Shown: piece after piece, positions 1-7,727 of the stretch
Layout: each line of letters starts with the position of its first letter
How positions within the stretch are numbered: the stretch's first letter is position 1
From: Zymomonas mobilis subsp. mobilis ATCC 10988
Lineage (GTDB): Bacteria; Pseudomonadota; Alphaproteobacteria; Sphingomonadales; Sphingomonadaceae
Direction of reading: 5' to 3'
Assembly (NCBI RefSeq): GCF_000175255.2
Contig: NC_017262.1
Span: 1,440,001 to 1,472,000 of the forward strand
DNA length: 32,000 bases
Position numbers and translations under genes: made by a program
Notes under the pieces: model-generated
The model's database searches: none
What the model was told of the DNA's origin: nothing
Seen by the model: the letters and a program-made list of their open reading frames with translations, nothing else

Positions 1-192
1 GCAGGTGGCTTTTTCTCTGAAGAGGCGCTTGAAAAAGTGATGGAAGGGGTTCTTACTCGCTTGCAATCTGCCTGCCCAATTGAGCCTAGCCTTATGCATG
101 ATTTATCAGCCAGTTTACAGCGAAGACCTTCTTCAAAATTAGTCACTGCCGTTGCAAGCCATAAACGGAATATCGCTTTCAAACGGTCATAA
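1..192 (+). CDS. 3' end of an unidentified CDS (partial; start lies left of the window)
   Basis: Frame 1 is open from base 1 to TAA at 190-192 (63 codons, ...FSEEALEKVMEGVLTRLQSACPIEPSLMHDL...NIAFKRS*). It lies tail-to-tail with priA. The family is not recognisable from this fragment. Confidence 0.35.
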   Translation, partial: AGGFFSEEALEKVMEGVLTRLQSACPIEPSLMHDLSASLQRRPSSKLVTAVASHKRNIAFKRS

Positions 193-194
193 CA

Positions 195-2363
195 TTAAAA
201 GAAACTATAGGGATCAACATCAATTGTAATGCGGACAGAAGACGGAATAGAAATCTTTGAAAGCCATTGATGAATAACTCGTTGTATCGGGATATTCCTC
301 TTGGCTTGGATCAGAAAACGATACCGATAACGACCTCTTAACTGTAATAACGGGGCAGGTGCGGGGCCAAAGACTTCTATTCCATCGCCCTCCGGCTTTC
401 TCTGCCCCAATTGATGGCCTACCGCCTCAGCTATTTCCTGTTTTTCAGAAGAGATAATCAAGGCGACATAGCGCCCAAAAGGCGGTGCTTCCGTTATTTC
501 TCTGATTTCTAATTCCGTTTGATAAAAGGCTTCACGATCCCCTGATGCCAAGGCCGAAATAACAGGCGTCTCCGGTTCATATGTCTGGATAAAAACATGC
601 CCGTCCAGAGCACTTCTTCCCGCCCGTCCAGCAACCTGTGCAATTTGCTGAAAACTATGTTCTGATGCTCTTAAATCTCCCCCTTGCAAACCGATATCCG
701 CATCAACCACCCCAACAACGGTTAATCTTGGGAAATGATATCCCTTCGTTATCAGCTGGGTGCCAATGATTATGTCGATGGCACCTTGATCCATTTTTTC
801 AACAAATTCGGCGGCTTGTTTGGGGGTGGCTAATGTATCCGATGTAATCGTTTCAATGCGGGCTTCTGGGAAAAGCAAAGCCGTTTCTTCTGCGATTCTT
901 TCGACTCCGGGGCCACAGGCAACAAGGCTATCGGCTGTTTGACATTCGGGACATTTGTCTGGGACAGGCATCGTAAAACCGCAATGATGACAAATCATTT
1001 GTCCCAATTGGCGATGCTCAACCATCCATGCGGTGCAATGGGGACATTTTATACGATGACCGCAATGACGACACAGGGTGAGAGGCGCATAGCCCCGTCG
1101 ATTGAGAAAAAGCAGACCTTGCTCATGGCGTTCCACTGCATTGGTCAACGCTTTGACCAGCGGCGGGGCTAACCACCGACCTTTAGCTAGGGCTTGTTCG
1201 GTCATGTTTATCACATGAATAGTCGGTAACCCTGCTGATCCATGGCGTTCTGCCAATCGTATTTCTTTATAATTACCCAAACGTACCTGCATAACGCTTT
1301 CAATCGCGGGTGTTGCGGTCGCTAAGATAACAGGGATATTCTCGAATTTGGCGCGCATGACTGCGACATCCCGCGCTTGATAACAAACACCGTCTTCTTG
1401 TTTGAAACTGGTTTCATGTGCTTCATCAACAATAATGAGACCGATTGCCTTAAACGGTAAAAACAAGGCTGATCGCGCGCCAATAACCACTTTGGCTTGG
1501 CCTGTTACAATCGCTTGCCAATTTTTTCTGCGGCGGGCTTGCGATAAATCGGAATGCCAAACAACAGGCTCACAGCCAAAACGCGCCTGAAAGCGTTTTA
1601 AAAAAGGTTCTGTTAAAGCAATTTCGGGTAGCAATATCAGGGATTGTTTGCCGTCACGCAAAGTCTGGGCAATGGCTTCAAAATAGACTTCGGTCTTTCC
1701 TGATCCGGTCACGCCATCCAATAAGAAAGTTTCAAAGCTCTTTTTCGCTATGGATTCCTTTAAGATTTCAGCCGCTTTGCTTTGTGTCTCTGAAAGAATG
1801 GGGGCATTAAAATCAGGATCGGGTAGCGATAATACTATCTCTAAAGATGTTTTTTGTTCTGTTATCAAACCCGTTTTGATCAAAGCGCGAATAACAGCAG
1901 GTGATATTTCTGCCTTTTCTGCCAGCTCACGGACAGAGCCTTTTTCCCCTGAAAGTTTTTCTAAAGCCTGTTGTCTTAAGGGCGTTAATTTAGGCCATTC
2001 TCTTTTGGGGACATAATAATTCTTGATTTCCCTGCTTTCTATCGTTGCAGGTGAAAAGGGGATTCCCATACGAAGAACGGCACCTAACGGTGCCATATAA
2101 TAGGAGGAAACCCACTGAATAAATTTCCGATAACAATGACTCGCTTCGGGCAAATCATAGATCTTGCTCACCGGACGTAGTCGGTTATCTGCGATTTTTA
2201 TCTGATTTGAAACGTCCTCTTCCCACAGCATCCCTAATATTTGCCTAGGACCTAGGGGAATACTGACAAGCTGACCTGCCGTAACCGCTTTTCCTTCTGG
2301 CAAGCTATAGGTCAAAATCCCCAAAGAAGGATTGGTGGTCAAAACAGAGATGCGGCGTTTCAC
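195..2363 (-). CDS. priA: Primosomal protein N' / replication restart helicase PriA
   Basis: 722-aa ORF with a GTG start. It has a Walker A motif (GVTGSGKT) and a DEAH-type box (IVDEAHE). The Cys-rich zinc insert CRHCGHRIKCPHCTAWMVEHRQLGQMICHHCG...CPEC is typical of PriA. Confidence 0.9.
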   Translation of the reverse strand: MKRRISVLTTNPSLGILTYSLPEGKAVTAGQLVSIPLGPRQILGMLWEEDVSNQIKIADNRLRPVSKIYDLPEASHCYRKFIQWVSSYYMAPLGAVLRMGIPFSPATIESREIKNYYVPKREWPKLTPLRQQALEKLSGEKGSVRELAEKAEISPAVIRALIKTGLITEQKTSLEIVLSLPDPDFNAPILSETQSKAAEILKESIAKKSFETFLLDGVTGSGKTEVYFEAIAQTLRDGKQSLILLPEIALTEPFLKRFQARFGCEPVVWHSDLSQARRRKNWQAIVTGQAKVVIGARSALFLPFKAIGLIIVDEAHETSFKQEDGVCYQARDVAVMRAKFENIPVILATATPAIESVMQVRLGNYKEIRLAERHGSAGLPTIHVINMTEQALAKGRWLAPPLVKALTNAVERHEQGLLFLNRRGYAPLTLCRHCGHRIKCPHCTAWMVEHRQLGQMICHHCGFTMPVPDKCPECQTADSLVACGPGVERIAEETALLFPEARIETITSDTLATPKQAAEFVEKMDQGAIDIIIGTQLITKGYHFPRLTVVGVVDADIGLQGGDLRASEHSFQQIAQVAGRAGRSALDGHVFIQTYEPETPVISALASGDREAFYQTELEIREITEAPPFGRYVALIISSEKQEIAEAVGHQLGQRKPEGDGIEVFGPAPAPLLQLRGRYRYRFLIQAKRNIPIQRVIHQWLSKISIPSSVRITIDVDPYSFF

Positions 2364-2448
2364 GTAGATTTGATCCGCTTAATAAAGAAAAAAGCATTTA
2401 TATCTGATTATGGCTACTTGATGCAAAAGCTTCAATCTCTATAGCGGA

Positions 2449-2472
2449 TAGGCAGGCGTTCTCGCCTGCCTA
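2449..2472 (-). terminator. GC-rich hairpin downstream of the Gly-rich gene (possible terminator, no U-tract)
   Basis: TAGGCAGGCG-TTCT-CGCCTGCCTA forms a perfect 10-bp stem with a 4-nt loop, 20 nt past the stop at 2492. No T-run follows on either strand, so intrinsic-terminator status is uncertain. Confidence 0.3.
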
Positions 2473-2491
2473 ACAGCTCTATTCCGATATC

Positions 2492-2911
2492 CTAGTAACA
2501 TGCCCTCATTGAGACATAATCCCCAATATATGGGTCCCATTGCATACGGGTGTTACAATTGGCGTAGCCGCCGCCATAATAGCCGGAGTAACCGCCGTAA
2601 TAGCCGCCACCGCCATCATAATATCCACGATTATAGGAGCCATTTGCAATAATCGCTCCCGTCATAAGGCCAAGCGCTCCCATGCCAAATGCTGCACCGG
2701 GGCCCCAACCACCACCGCGGTGATGATGGTGTCTCGGGCCATCCCAACCGCCGGGGCCACCGCCCCAACCACCGGGTCCTGGTCCACCTCCCCAACCGCC
2801 GGGGCCTCCCGGACCGCCATGATGATGCGCTAAAGCTGGGGTCACAACGGTCGCTGTCAATGAGGAAGCAGCAATGGCTGCTACAAGTAATCGCAAGATA
2901 TTTTTTAACAT
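2492..2911 (-). CDS. Secreted Gly/His/Trp/Tyr-rich low-complexity protein (function unknown)
   Basis: The ATG at 2911 has GAGG 5 nt upstream. A signal peptide MLKNILRLLVAAIAASSLTATVVTPALA precedes HHH. The mature part contains four GGW motifs between HHH and HHHH runs, a Gly-zipper-like hydrophobic stretch AAFGMGALGLMTGAIIA, and a GY-rich tract. The C-terminus is a Cys-bracketed tail, CNTRMQWDPYIGDYVSMRAC. Confidence 0.6.
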   Translation of the reverse strand: MLKNILRLLVAAIAASSLTATVVTPALAHHHGGPGGPGGWGGGPGPGGWGGGPGGWDGPRHHHHRGGGWGPGAAFGMGALGLMTGAIIANGSYNRGYYDGGGGYYGGYSGYYGGGYANCNTRMQWDPYIGDYVSMRACY

Positions 2912-2994
2912 TACTGCCTCTTTTCCGGAACAGAATCCGATAACTGAACAAAGACCGGAATGGCATAATCACGAGCTTTGTTCCGATTACAAAC

Positions 2995-3009
2995 ACTATA
3001 TAATATAGT
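2995..3009. promoter_or_regulatory. Perfect 7-1-7 palindrome ACTATAT-A-ATATAGT in a divergent promoter region (candidate operator and/or -10 element)
   Basis: Read directly from the sequence. It lies between the divergent Gly-rich gene (start 2911) and the thioredoxin-like gene (start 3188). It contains a TATAAT hexamer. Confidence 0.3.
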
Positions 3010-3187
3010 ATGTGAATGGGCTTAGAATGTTCCGTTCATTCATAATTCAACTAAAAATATCTCTTTTTAAAGCTTTTGATATATTTTAACCTTTTGGCTT
3101 TCTTCCCTTTTACAAGACGCTTGTTTTTAATATTTTTTATTATAACCTTAGGTAATATTATCCGCTTTTGGCTTGAGGTGTTGCGAT

Positions 3188-3697
3188 ATGCGTCGTCTGA
3201 TTCCCGTGTCCTTGCTTATGTTCATGGCCTTTTCTCCAGCCAATGCGGTGCCAGCACCCAAGATCGCTATCTCCAATTTTGATCAACTAGCGCATCCCTT
3301 GCCTATGCCTTACAATGAACGGGCACATGCTGAGAAAGCTGTTGCCGAGGCTCGAGCCAAAGCCAAAAAAGCCAATAAGCTCCTTTTGATTGATCTCGGC
3401 GGCAATTGGTGCCCTGACTGCCGAATCTTGGGCGGCATGTTCGATCAGCCGGATTTAAAACGGTTTATGGATAAACATTATGAAATCGTTACGGTTGATG
3501 TGGGACGCTTCGATAAAAATCTGTCTATTCCCGCGCATTACGGTCTAAATGATCGTTTAAAAGGTGCTCCGACCTTGCTGATTGTTGACCCAAAAACAGA
3601 TAAATTATTGAACCCGGGGCATGTCACGGCTTTGGCTGATGCCCGCTCGATGACGCCCCAGGCTATTGCCGACTGGCTGGCACAGTGGGTTCACTAG
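3188..3697 (+). CDS. Periplasmic thioredoxin-fold protein (WCPDC active site)
   Basis: The ATG at 3188 has GAGG 7 nt upstream; the track's start at 3173 is a TTG extension. The signal peptide is MRRLIPVSLLMFMAFSPANA. It has a CxxC redox motif in LIDLGGNWCPDCRIL. The last base of the stop codon TAG (3695-3697) is the first base of the IS. Confidence 0.75.
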   Translation: MRRLIPVSLLMFMAFSPANAVPAPKIAISNFDQLAHPLPMPYNERAHAEKAVAEARAKAKKANKLLLIDLGGNWCPDCRILGGMFDQPDLKRFMDKHYEIVTVDVGRFDKNLSIPAHYGLNDRLKGAPTLLIVDPKTDKLLNPGHVTALADARSMTPQAIADWLAQWVH

Positions 3698-4543
3698 GCT
3701 CAGGACTCATTCTTTGAGATAGAAGATGAAACTTGCTGCGATATGGATTGCTGACATGAATGTGTGAGCGCACCGGTCGTATCGTGTTGCGACACGCCGC
3801 CAGTCTTTGAGCTTTGCGAACATATTTTCGATGAGGTGACGCTTTTTATACAGATGCCAGTCGTAAGGCGGCTTTGATTTCCGGTTCTTCTTCGGCGGAA
3901 TACAGGCGGTGATATTCCGGTCTGCGAGAGACTGTCTGATTTTATTACTGTCGTATCCCCGGTCCCCGAGAATTTCTTGTGTTTCTTCCGGCAGATTTGC
4001 CAGCAGAACATCCGCGCCTTTGAAGTCACTGACCTGACCTGCGGTCAGATGCAGCCGGACAGGGCGGCCCTGACTATCGCATACAGCGTGAAGCTTTGAG
4101 TTCAGTCCGCCTTTCGTGCGTCCGATATGGCGGGGAAAAGCCCCTTTTTGAGCAGGGAGGCCGCTGTCCGGTGTGCTTTCAGATGTGTTGCATCGATCAT
4201 CAGACGCTTCGAACGGCCTGCCTGCTCCGTCAGGGCGACGAAGATCCGGTCAAAGACACCCAGGCGGCTCCACCGGATAAACCGGTTGTATAAAGTCTTG
4301 TGCGGGCCATACGCTTTCGGGGCGTCTTTCCACTGAAGGCCGTTGCGGATCACGTAAACGATCCCGCTCAGGACACGACGGTCATCGACACGCGGCACAC
4401 CATGCGCCAGTGGAAAAAACGGCTTAATCCGTTCCATCTGGTGCTCAGACAGCAAAAACACGTCACTCACAGCTTCACCTCCATCGGTAAACCTGTGAAT
4501 CACAACAGCCCGCTCAACTCAAGAAATTAACAGGTCCTGAGCC
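3697..4543 (-). mobile_element. IS5-family insertion sequence (IS427-like), copy 1, 847 bp
   Basis: The terminal inverted repeats are GGCTCAGGAC...GTCCTGAGCC, a 10-bp perfect core with partial similarity further inward. It is flanked by TA/TA (or CTA/CTA). It encodes a two-frame DDE transposase. A near-identical copy lies at 11350-12196. Confidence 0.9.
3707..4503 (-). CDS. IS5/IS427-group DDE transposase, OrfA-OrfB joined by a putative programmed -1 frameshift at CAAAAAG (4144-4150)
   Basis: OrfA (4102-4503) reads MIHRF...RVLSGIVYVIRNGLQWKDAP...MIDATHLKAH. My hand translation of the -1 frame from 4144 gives GAFPRHIGRTKGGLNSKLHAVCDSQGRPVRLHLTAGQVSDFKGA...ILGDRGYDSNKIRQ...KKRHLIENMFAKLKDWRRVATRYDR...FYLKE*, with TGA at 3707-3709 inside the IR. 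The DDE residues lie in IDAT, GDRGYD and IENMF. The predicted fusion is about 265 aa. Confidence 0.8.
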
Positions 4544-5808
4544 TAAATAGCTTGTGACAGCACCTTGTAGATGGCTGTGGTTAGGTTTTGTAATTCTTTA
4601 GGTGTAATCGTAAAGGCTGGTGTCAGATAAACGATATTTCTGAAGGGGCGTATCCAAACATTTTGCTCCAATAATTGGCTTTTCAGCTTATTCATATCGG
4701 TTATCTTTTCCAACTCGACAACACCTACCGCACCCATCACTCTGACATCCTTGACGCCGGGCAATGCCCGACAGGGGGCTAATTCGTCAGTCATCTGTTG
4801 TGAAATTTTTGCAACTTGCTCCAACCTGTTTTCTTGTTCAAACAAGTCCAAAGAGGCCAAAGCACAGGCACAAGCGAGGGGATTTGCCATAAAGGTTGGG
4901 CCATGCATTAACGCATGAATGGGATTATCCGACAGAAAACTATTAAAAATAGACGTTGTCGCAACGGTTGCCGCCAAAGCCATCGTCCCCCCCGTCAAAG
5001 CCTTGGAAAGCGTTATTATATCTGGTGCGACATTTGCCTGTTCAAAGGCAAACATGCTGCCTGTTCTTCCAAAGCCTGTGAAAATTTCATCAAAGATTAG
5101 AAGAAGATTATATTTGTCGGCAAAGTAACGCAGACGCTTTAAAACCTCTGGGGAATGGAACAGCATTCCTCCCGCACCTTGTATCAAAGGTTCAGTAATA
5201 ATCGCTGCGATTTCGCTATGATGCTGTTCCAGAAAAAGATCAAAGCGCGCTATGCTCTCTTCGTCCTTTGGTAAATCAACAATGTAATGCTCTGGCAAAA
5301 TCCCCGTGAAGAGACTGTGCATCCCTTCTTCTGGATCACAGATCGCCATGGTCGCCATGGTATCCCCATGATACCCCCCTCTAAAAGCTAATAGCTTCTT
5401 TCTTTTAGTGTCGCCTTTATTCAGCCAATATTGCATAGCCATTTTTAAGGCGACCTCGACCGCTACTGATCCAGAGTCACTAAAGAAAACGTGATTGAGA
5501 TTATCTGGCAAAATTTTCGCTAGGCGACTTGCCAAGCGCAAAGCAGGCTCATGGACAATCCCGCCAAACATAATATGAGGCATTTCTCGAAGCTGTTCTT
5601 CAGCTTTTTTATAAATATAAGGATGATTATAGCCGTGACAGGCGGTCCACCATGATGCGATACCGTCTATCAGTTCTCGCCCGTCAGCTAAATAAATACG
5701 GCTTTCTTTTGTTGCTATAGCTGGAATCGGTGCAGTCATTGTCTGCATTTGTGTATAGGGTAACCAAATGTGAGAAAGACCGTCTTTTAACCAACTGGGA
5801 TTATTCAT
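4543..5808 (-). CDS. bioA: Adenosylmethionine-8-amino-7-oxononanoate aminotransferase
   Basis: The protein aligns by eye with E. coli BioA from MNNPSWLKDGLSHIWLPYTQM...DGIASWWTACHGYNHP, and has class-III aminotransferase motifs (DEIFTGFGRTG, LSKALTGG). I place the start at Met40 of the track ORF (5808, AAGG upstream). The longer ORF would overlap bioF. The stop TAG (4543-4545) uses the last IS base. Confidence 0.9.
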   Translation of the reverse strand: MNNPSWLKDGLSHIWLPYTQMQTMTAPIPAIATKESRIYLADGRELIDGIASWWTACHGYNHPYIYKKAEEQLREMPHIMFGGIVHEPALRLASRLAKILPDNLNHVFFSDSGSVAVEVALKMAMQYWLNKGDTKRKKLLAFRGGYHGDTMATMAICDPEEGMHSLFTGILPEHYIVDLPKDEESIARFDLFLEQHHSEIAAIITEPLIQGAGGMLFHSPEVLKRLRYFADKYNLLLIFDEIFTGFGRTGSMFAFEQANVAPDIITLSKALTGGTMALAATVATTSIFNSFLSDNPIHALMHGPTFMANPLACACALASLDLFEQENRLEQVAKISQQMTDELAPCRALPGVKDVRVMGAVGVVELEKITDMNKLKSQLLEQNVWIRPFRNIVYLTPAFTITPKELQNLTTAIYKVLSQAI

Positions 5809-5830
5809 TGTCACGACCTTAGCTAAGATT

Positions 5831-5840
5831 TTATCTATAG
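5831..5840. promoter_or_regulatory. Candidate BioR-type operator (TTATCTATAG) in the bioA/bioF divergent intergenic region
   Basis: It matches 9 of 10 positions of the alphaproteobacterial BioR signal TTATMKATAA, as I recall it from the literature. It lies 23 nt from the bioA start and 35 nt from the bioF start. It is a single half-degenerate site in AT-rich DNA. Confidence 0.25.
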
Positions 5841-5874
5841 AATGGTAATCGGGCTGCTTGATTGGAATATTGTT

Positions 5875-7083
5875 ATGACGTGTTTTGACCATCATTTTCA
5901 TCAAGCCCTTATTGGTCTTGATCAAAAAAAGTTAAGACGGACGATATCTGGTATCAAGCCAGAAGAAGGGGCAATGATTAGAGCTCTTTCTGATAATCAG
6001 CTTTTATGTGATTTTTCTTCTAATGATTACCTTGGTCTTTCTTCCCATCCGCTTCTAAAAGAGCGATCCCAGTTATGGACAGATCAATTCGGAGTTGGCT
6101 CTCGGGCTTCGCGTCTGGTTTCTGGAACGCTACCGATACATCTTGAAGTCGAAAAAAAAGTGGCTCTTTTAAAAGGCAAGGAAGCGGCTTTACTCTTTCC
6201 ATCTGGCTGGCAAGCTAATGCTTCAGTTTTACCCGCCTTATTTCGACTCTCGCTTGAACAAACTGGTCATAAGGCTCTTGTTTTTACGGATAAGCTAAAT
6301 CATGCAAGTATACATCTTGGATGCTCCGCTGCCGGTATCAAGCAAATCCGATTTCGCCATAATGATTTGCCTCATTTAGAACAGCTTCTAGAAAAACAAA
6401 AACAGGTAGATGGACTCCGCTTTATTATAACCGAAAGCGTTTTTAGTATGGATGGCGATCAGGCAGAGATCGGAACGCTTCGTCAAATCGCTGATAAATA
6501 TAATGCCTTTCTCTATGTGGATGAAGCCCATGCAACAGGTGTTCTCGGAGAAAATGGCCAAGGGCTTGCTGGAGGCGCTAACGGGGCTGATTTGGTTATG
6601 GGAACATTTAGTAAGGCGTTAGGCTGCTTTGGAGCTTATATTGCAGGATCTACATTGCTTTGTGATTGGCTTGTGAATAGCTGTTCTGGATTTATCTATA
6701 GCACAGCTATACCGCCATCAATGATTGGAGCAATGGACGCTGCTTTGGATATTCTTCCGACTTTGTCAAAAGAACGCAAACAACTTATTGAAAGATCGAA
6801 TCATATCCGAAAAGAATTCCAATCTATGGGGTTAGATACTGGCTTATCTTCTACTCATATTATTCCTGTTGTGATCGGTAATAATGAAGCCACCTTGTTG
6901 GCTGCGCAGAGATTAAAAGATGAGGGTATTCTCGCTATTGCAATCCGGCCTCCCACTGTGCCGCTTCATGCTGGACGTCTTCGCTTTGCTATAACCTCTC
7001 TTCATAACGATGCCATGCTAGAACATCTGAGTCATGTTATGAAAAAATTAGCGGCTGAAATACACAGAGGATCTTCGATATGA
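5875..7083 (+). CDS. bioF: 8-amino-7-oxononanoate synthase
   Basis: It has FSSNDYLGLSSHP, a PLP-lysine region (GTFSKALG) and DEAHATG. A start at Met12 of the track ORF (5875) gives an N-terminal length like E. coli BioF. TGA overlaps the next start (ATGA at 7080-7083). Confidence 0.9.
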   Translation: MTCFDHHFHQALIGLDQKKLRRTISGIKPEEGAMIRALSDNQLLCDFSSNDYLGLSSHPLLKERSQLWTDQFGVGSRASRLVSGTLPIHLEVEKKVALLKGKEAALLFPSGWQANASVLPALFRLSLEQTGHKALVFTDKLNHASIHLGCSAAGIKQIRFRHNDLPHLEQLLEKQKQVDGLRFIITESVFSMDGDQAEIGTLRQIADKYNAFLYVDEAHATGVLGENGQGLAGGANGADLVMGTFSKALGCFGAYIAGSTLLCDWLVNSCSGFIYSTAIPPSMIGAMDAALDILPTLSKERKQLIERSNHIRKEFQSMGLDTGLSSTHIIPVVIGNNEATLLAAQRLKDEGILAIAIRPPTVPLHAGRLRFAITSLHNDAMLEHLSHVMKKLAAEIHRGSSI

Positions 7084-7727
7084 AAATCCCTCGCTTTCTC
7101 TTTGTGCATGGATGGGGATTCGATCGAAATTTTTGGGAACCTGTGCGGCGGGCTATAGGACAGCATAATGGCGATAGCCTTGATTTTGGCTATTTTGGCC
7201 AGTCCAAGTTAGAGTATGATTGGTCGCAGCCTTTTATAGCCGTAGGGCATTCCCTTGGTTTCCTTTGGTTATTACAGCAACCTCTTGCCGCTTGTATTCA
7301 ATTGATTTCGATTAATGGATTTTCCCGTTTTTTTGCTGGTTCTGACTGGCCTTTTGGAGTGCCTCAAAGAGTGACGAAGCGGATGCAGCTAGCACTTCAT
7401 AGAGATGCAAAAAAAACATTAGATCAATTTTATGAGACTGTAGGATTCTTTGATACCTCAGAAAAGCGATATGATCTCGCTGCTTTGGATAATGGTTTAG
7501 AATTTTTGATGACGCAAGACAATCGTAGTATTGCAAAGAAACAGGCGCATAAAATAGCTATTATGGCCAGCGATCAAGACCCCATCGTTCCCGTCTCTTT
7601 GACTAAAGCTTGCTTCCCAACACCCACACCTATTCTTTGGAATAAAGACGGCGGCCATTTACTCCCGATTACAGATCCCGATTCCTGCGCTAATTTTATT
7701 CGTGATGTAGTGAAATGTATAAAATGA
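7080..7727 (+). CDS. bioH: Pimeloyl-[ACP] methyl ester carboxylesterase, BioH-like alpha/beta hydrolase (short, 215 aa)
   Basis: Several stretches align by eye with E. coli BioH: FLFVHGWGFDRNFWEPV with LVLLHGWGLNAEVW, GHSLG at the nucleophile elbow, FAGSDWPFGVPQRV...LDQFYE with FSARDEWPGIKPDV...VERFLA, and LDNGLEFL with LNGGLEIL. Asp (DQDPIVP) and His (GGHLLP) are present. The gene sits between bioF and bioC. Confidence 0.75.
   Translation: MKIPRFLFVHGWGFDRNFWEPVRRAIGQHNGDSLDFGYFGQSKLEYDWSQPFIAVGHSLGFLWLLQQPLAACIQLISINGFSRFFAGSDWPFGVPQRVTKRMQLALHRDAKKTLDQFYETVGFFDTSEKRYDLAALDNGLEFLMTQDNRSIAKKQAHKIAIMASDQDPIVPVSLTKACFPTPTPILWNKDGGHLLPITDPDSCANFIRDVVKCIK

Noticed and set aside
2540-2996. Three overlapping ORFs (2540-2833 +, 2631-2996 -, 2689-2943 +) across the Gly-rich gene
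   Set aside because: They are artefacts of the GC-rich GGN/CCN repeat, which stays open in several frames. Only the 2492-2911 minus frame has an SD, a signal peptide and a coherent domain layout.
2990-3012. Possible dif (Xer recombination) site, given a xerC-like gene in the window and an AT-rich palindrome at 2995-3009
   Set aside because: The sequence does not resemble the dif organisation as I recall it, with two 11-bp arms such as GGTGCGCATAA / TTATGTTAAAT around a 6-bp spacer. I saw no TTATGTTAA-like arm anywhere.
3700-4029. 109-aa ORFs inside both IS copies (3700-4029 and 11353-11682), MTSKARMFCWQICRKKHKK...
   Set aside because: They are in the wrong frame. The sequence is low-complexity, Ser/Thr/Arg-rich, and has no transposase motifs. 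The adjacent frame over the same DNA encodes a clean DDE C-terminal domain continuous with OrfA after a -1 shift.
4096-4530. Plus-strand ORFs antisense to the transposase (4096-4293, 4127-4336, 4300-4530 and their counterparts in copy 2)
   Set aside because: They are shadow ORFs on the opposite strand of a well-supported CDS. One of them (4096-4293) is broken by the single SNP in copy 2 without consequence for the IS.
5809-5925. Long N-terminal extensions of bioA (to 5925) and bioF (from 5842) that would make the two genes overlap head-to-head
   Set aside because: Comparison by eye with E. coli BioA and BioF N-termini supports the internal Met codons (5808 and 5875). The extensions have no family-like sequence.
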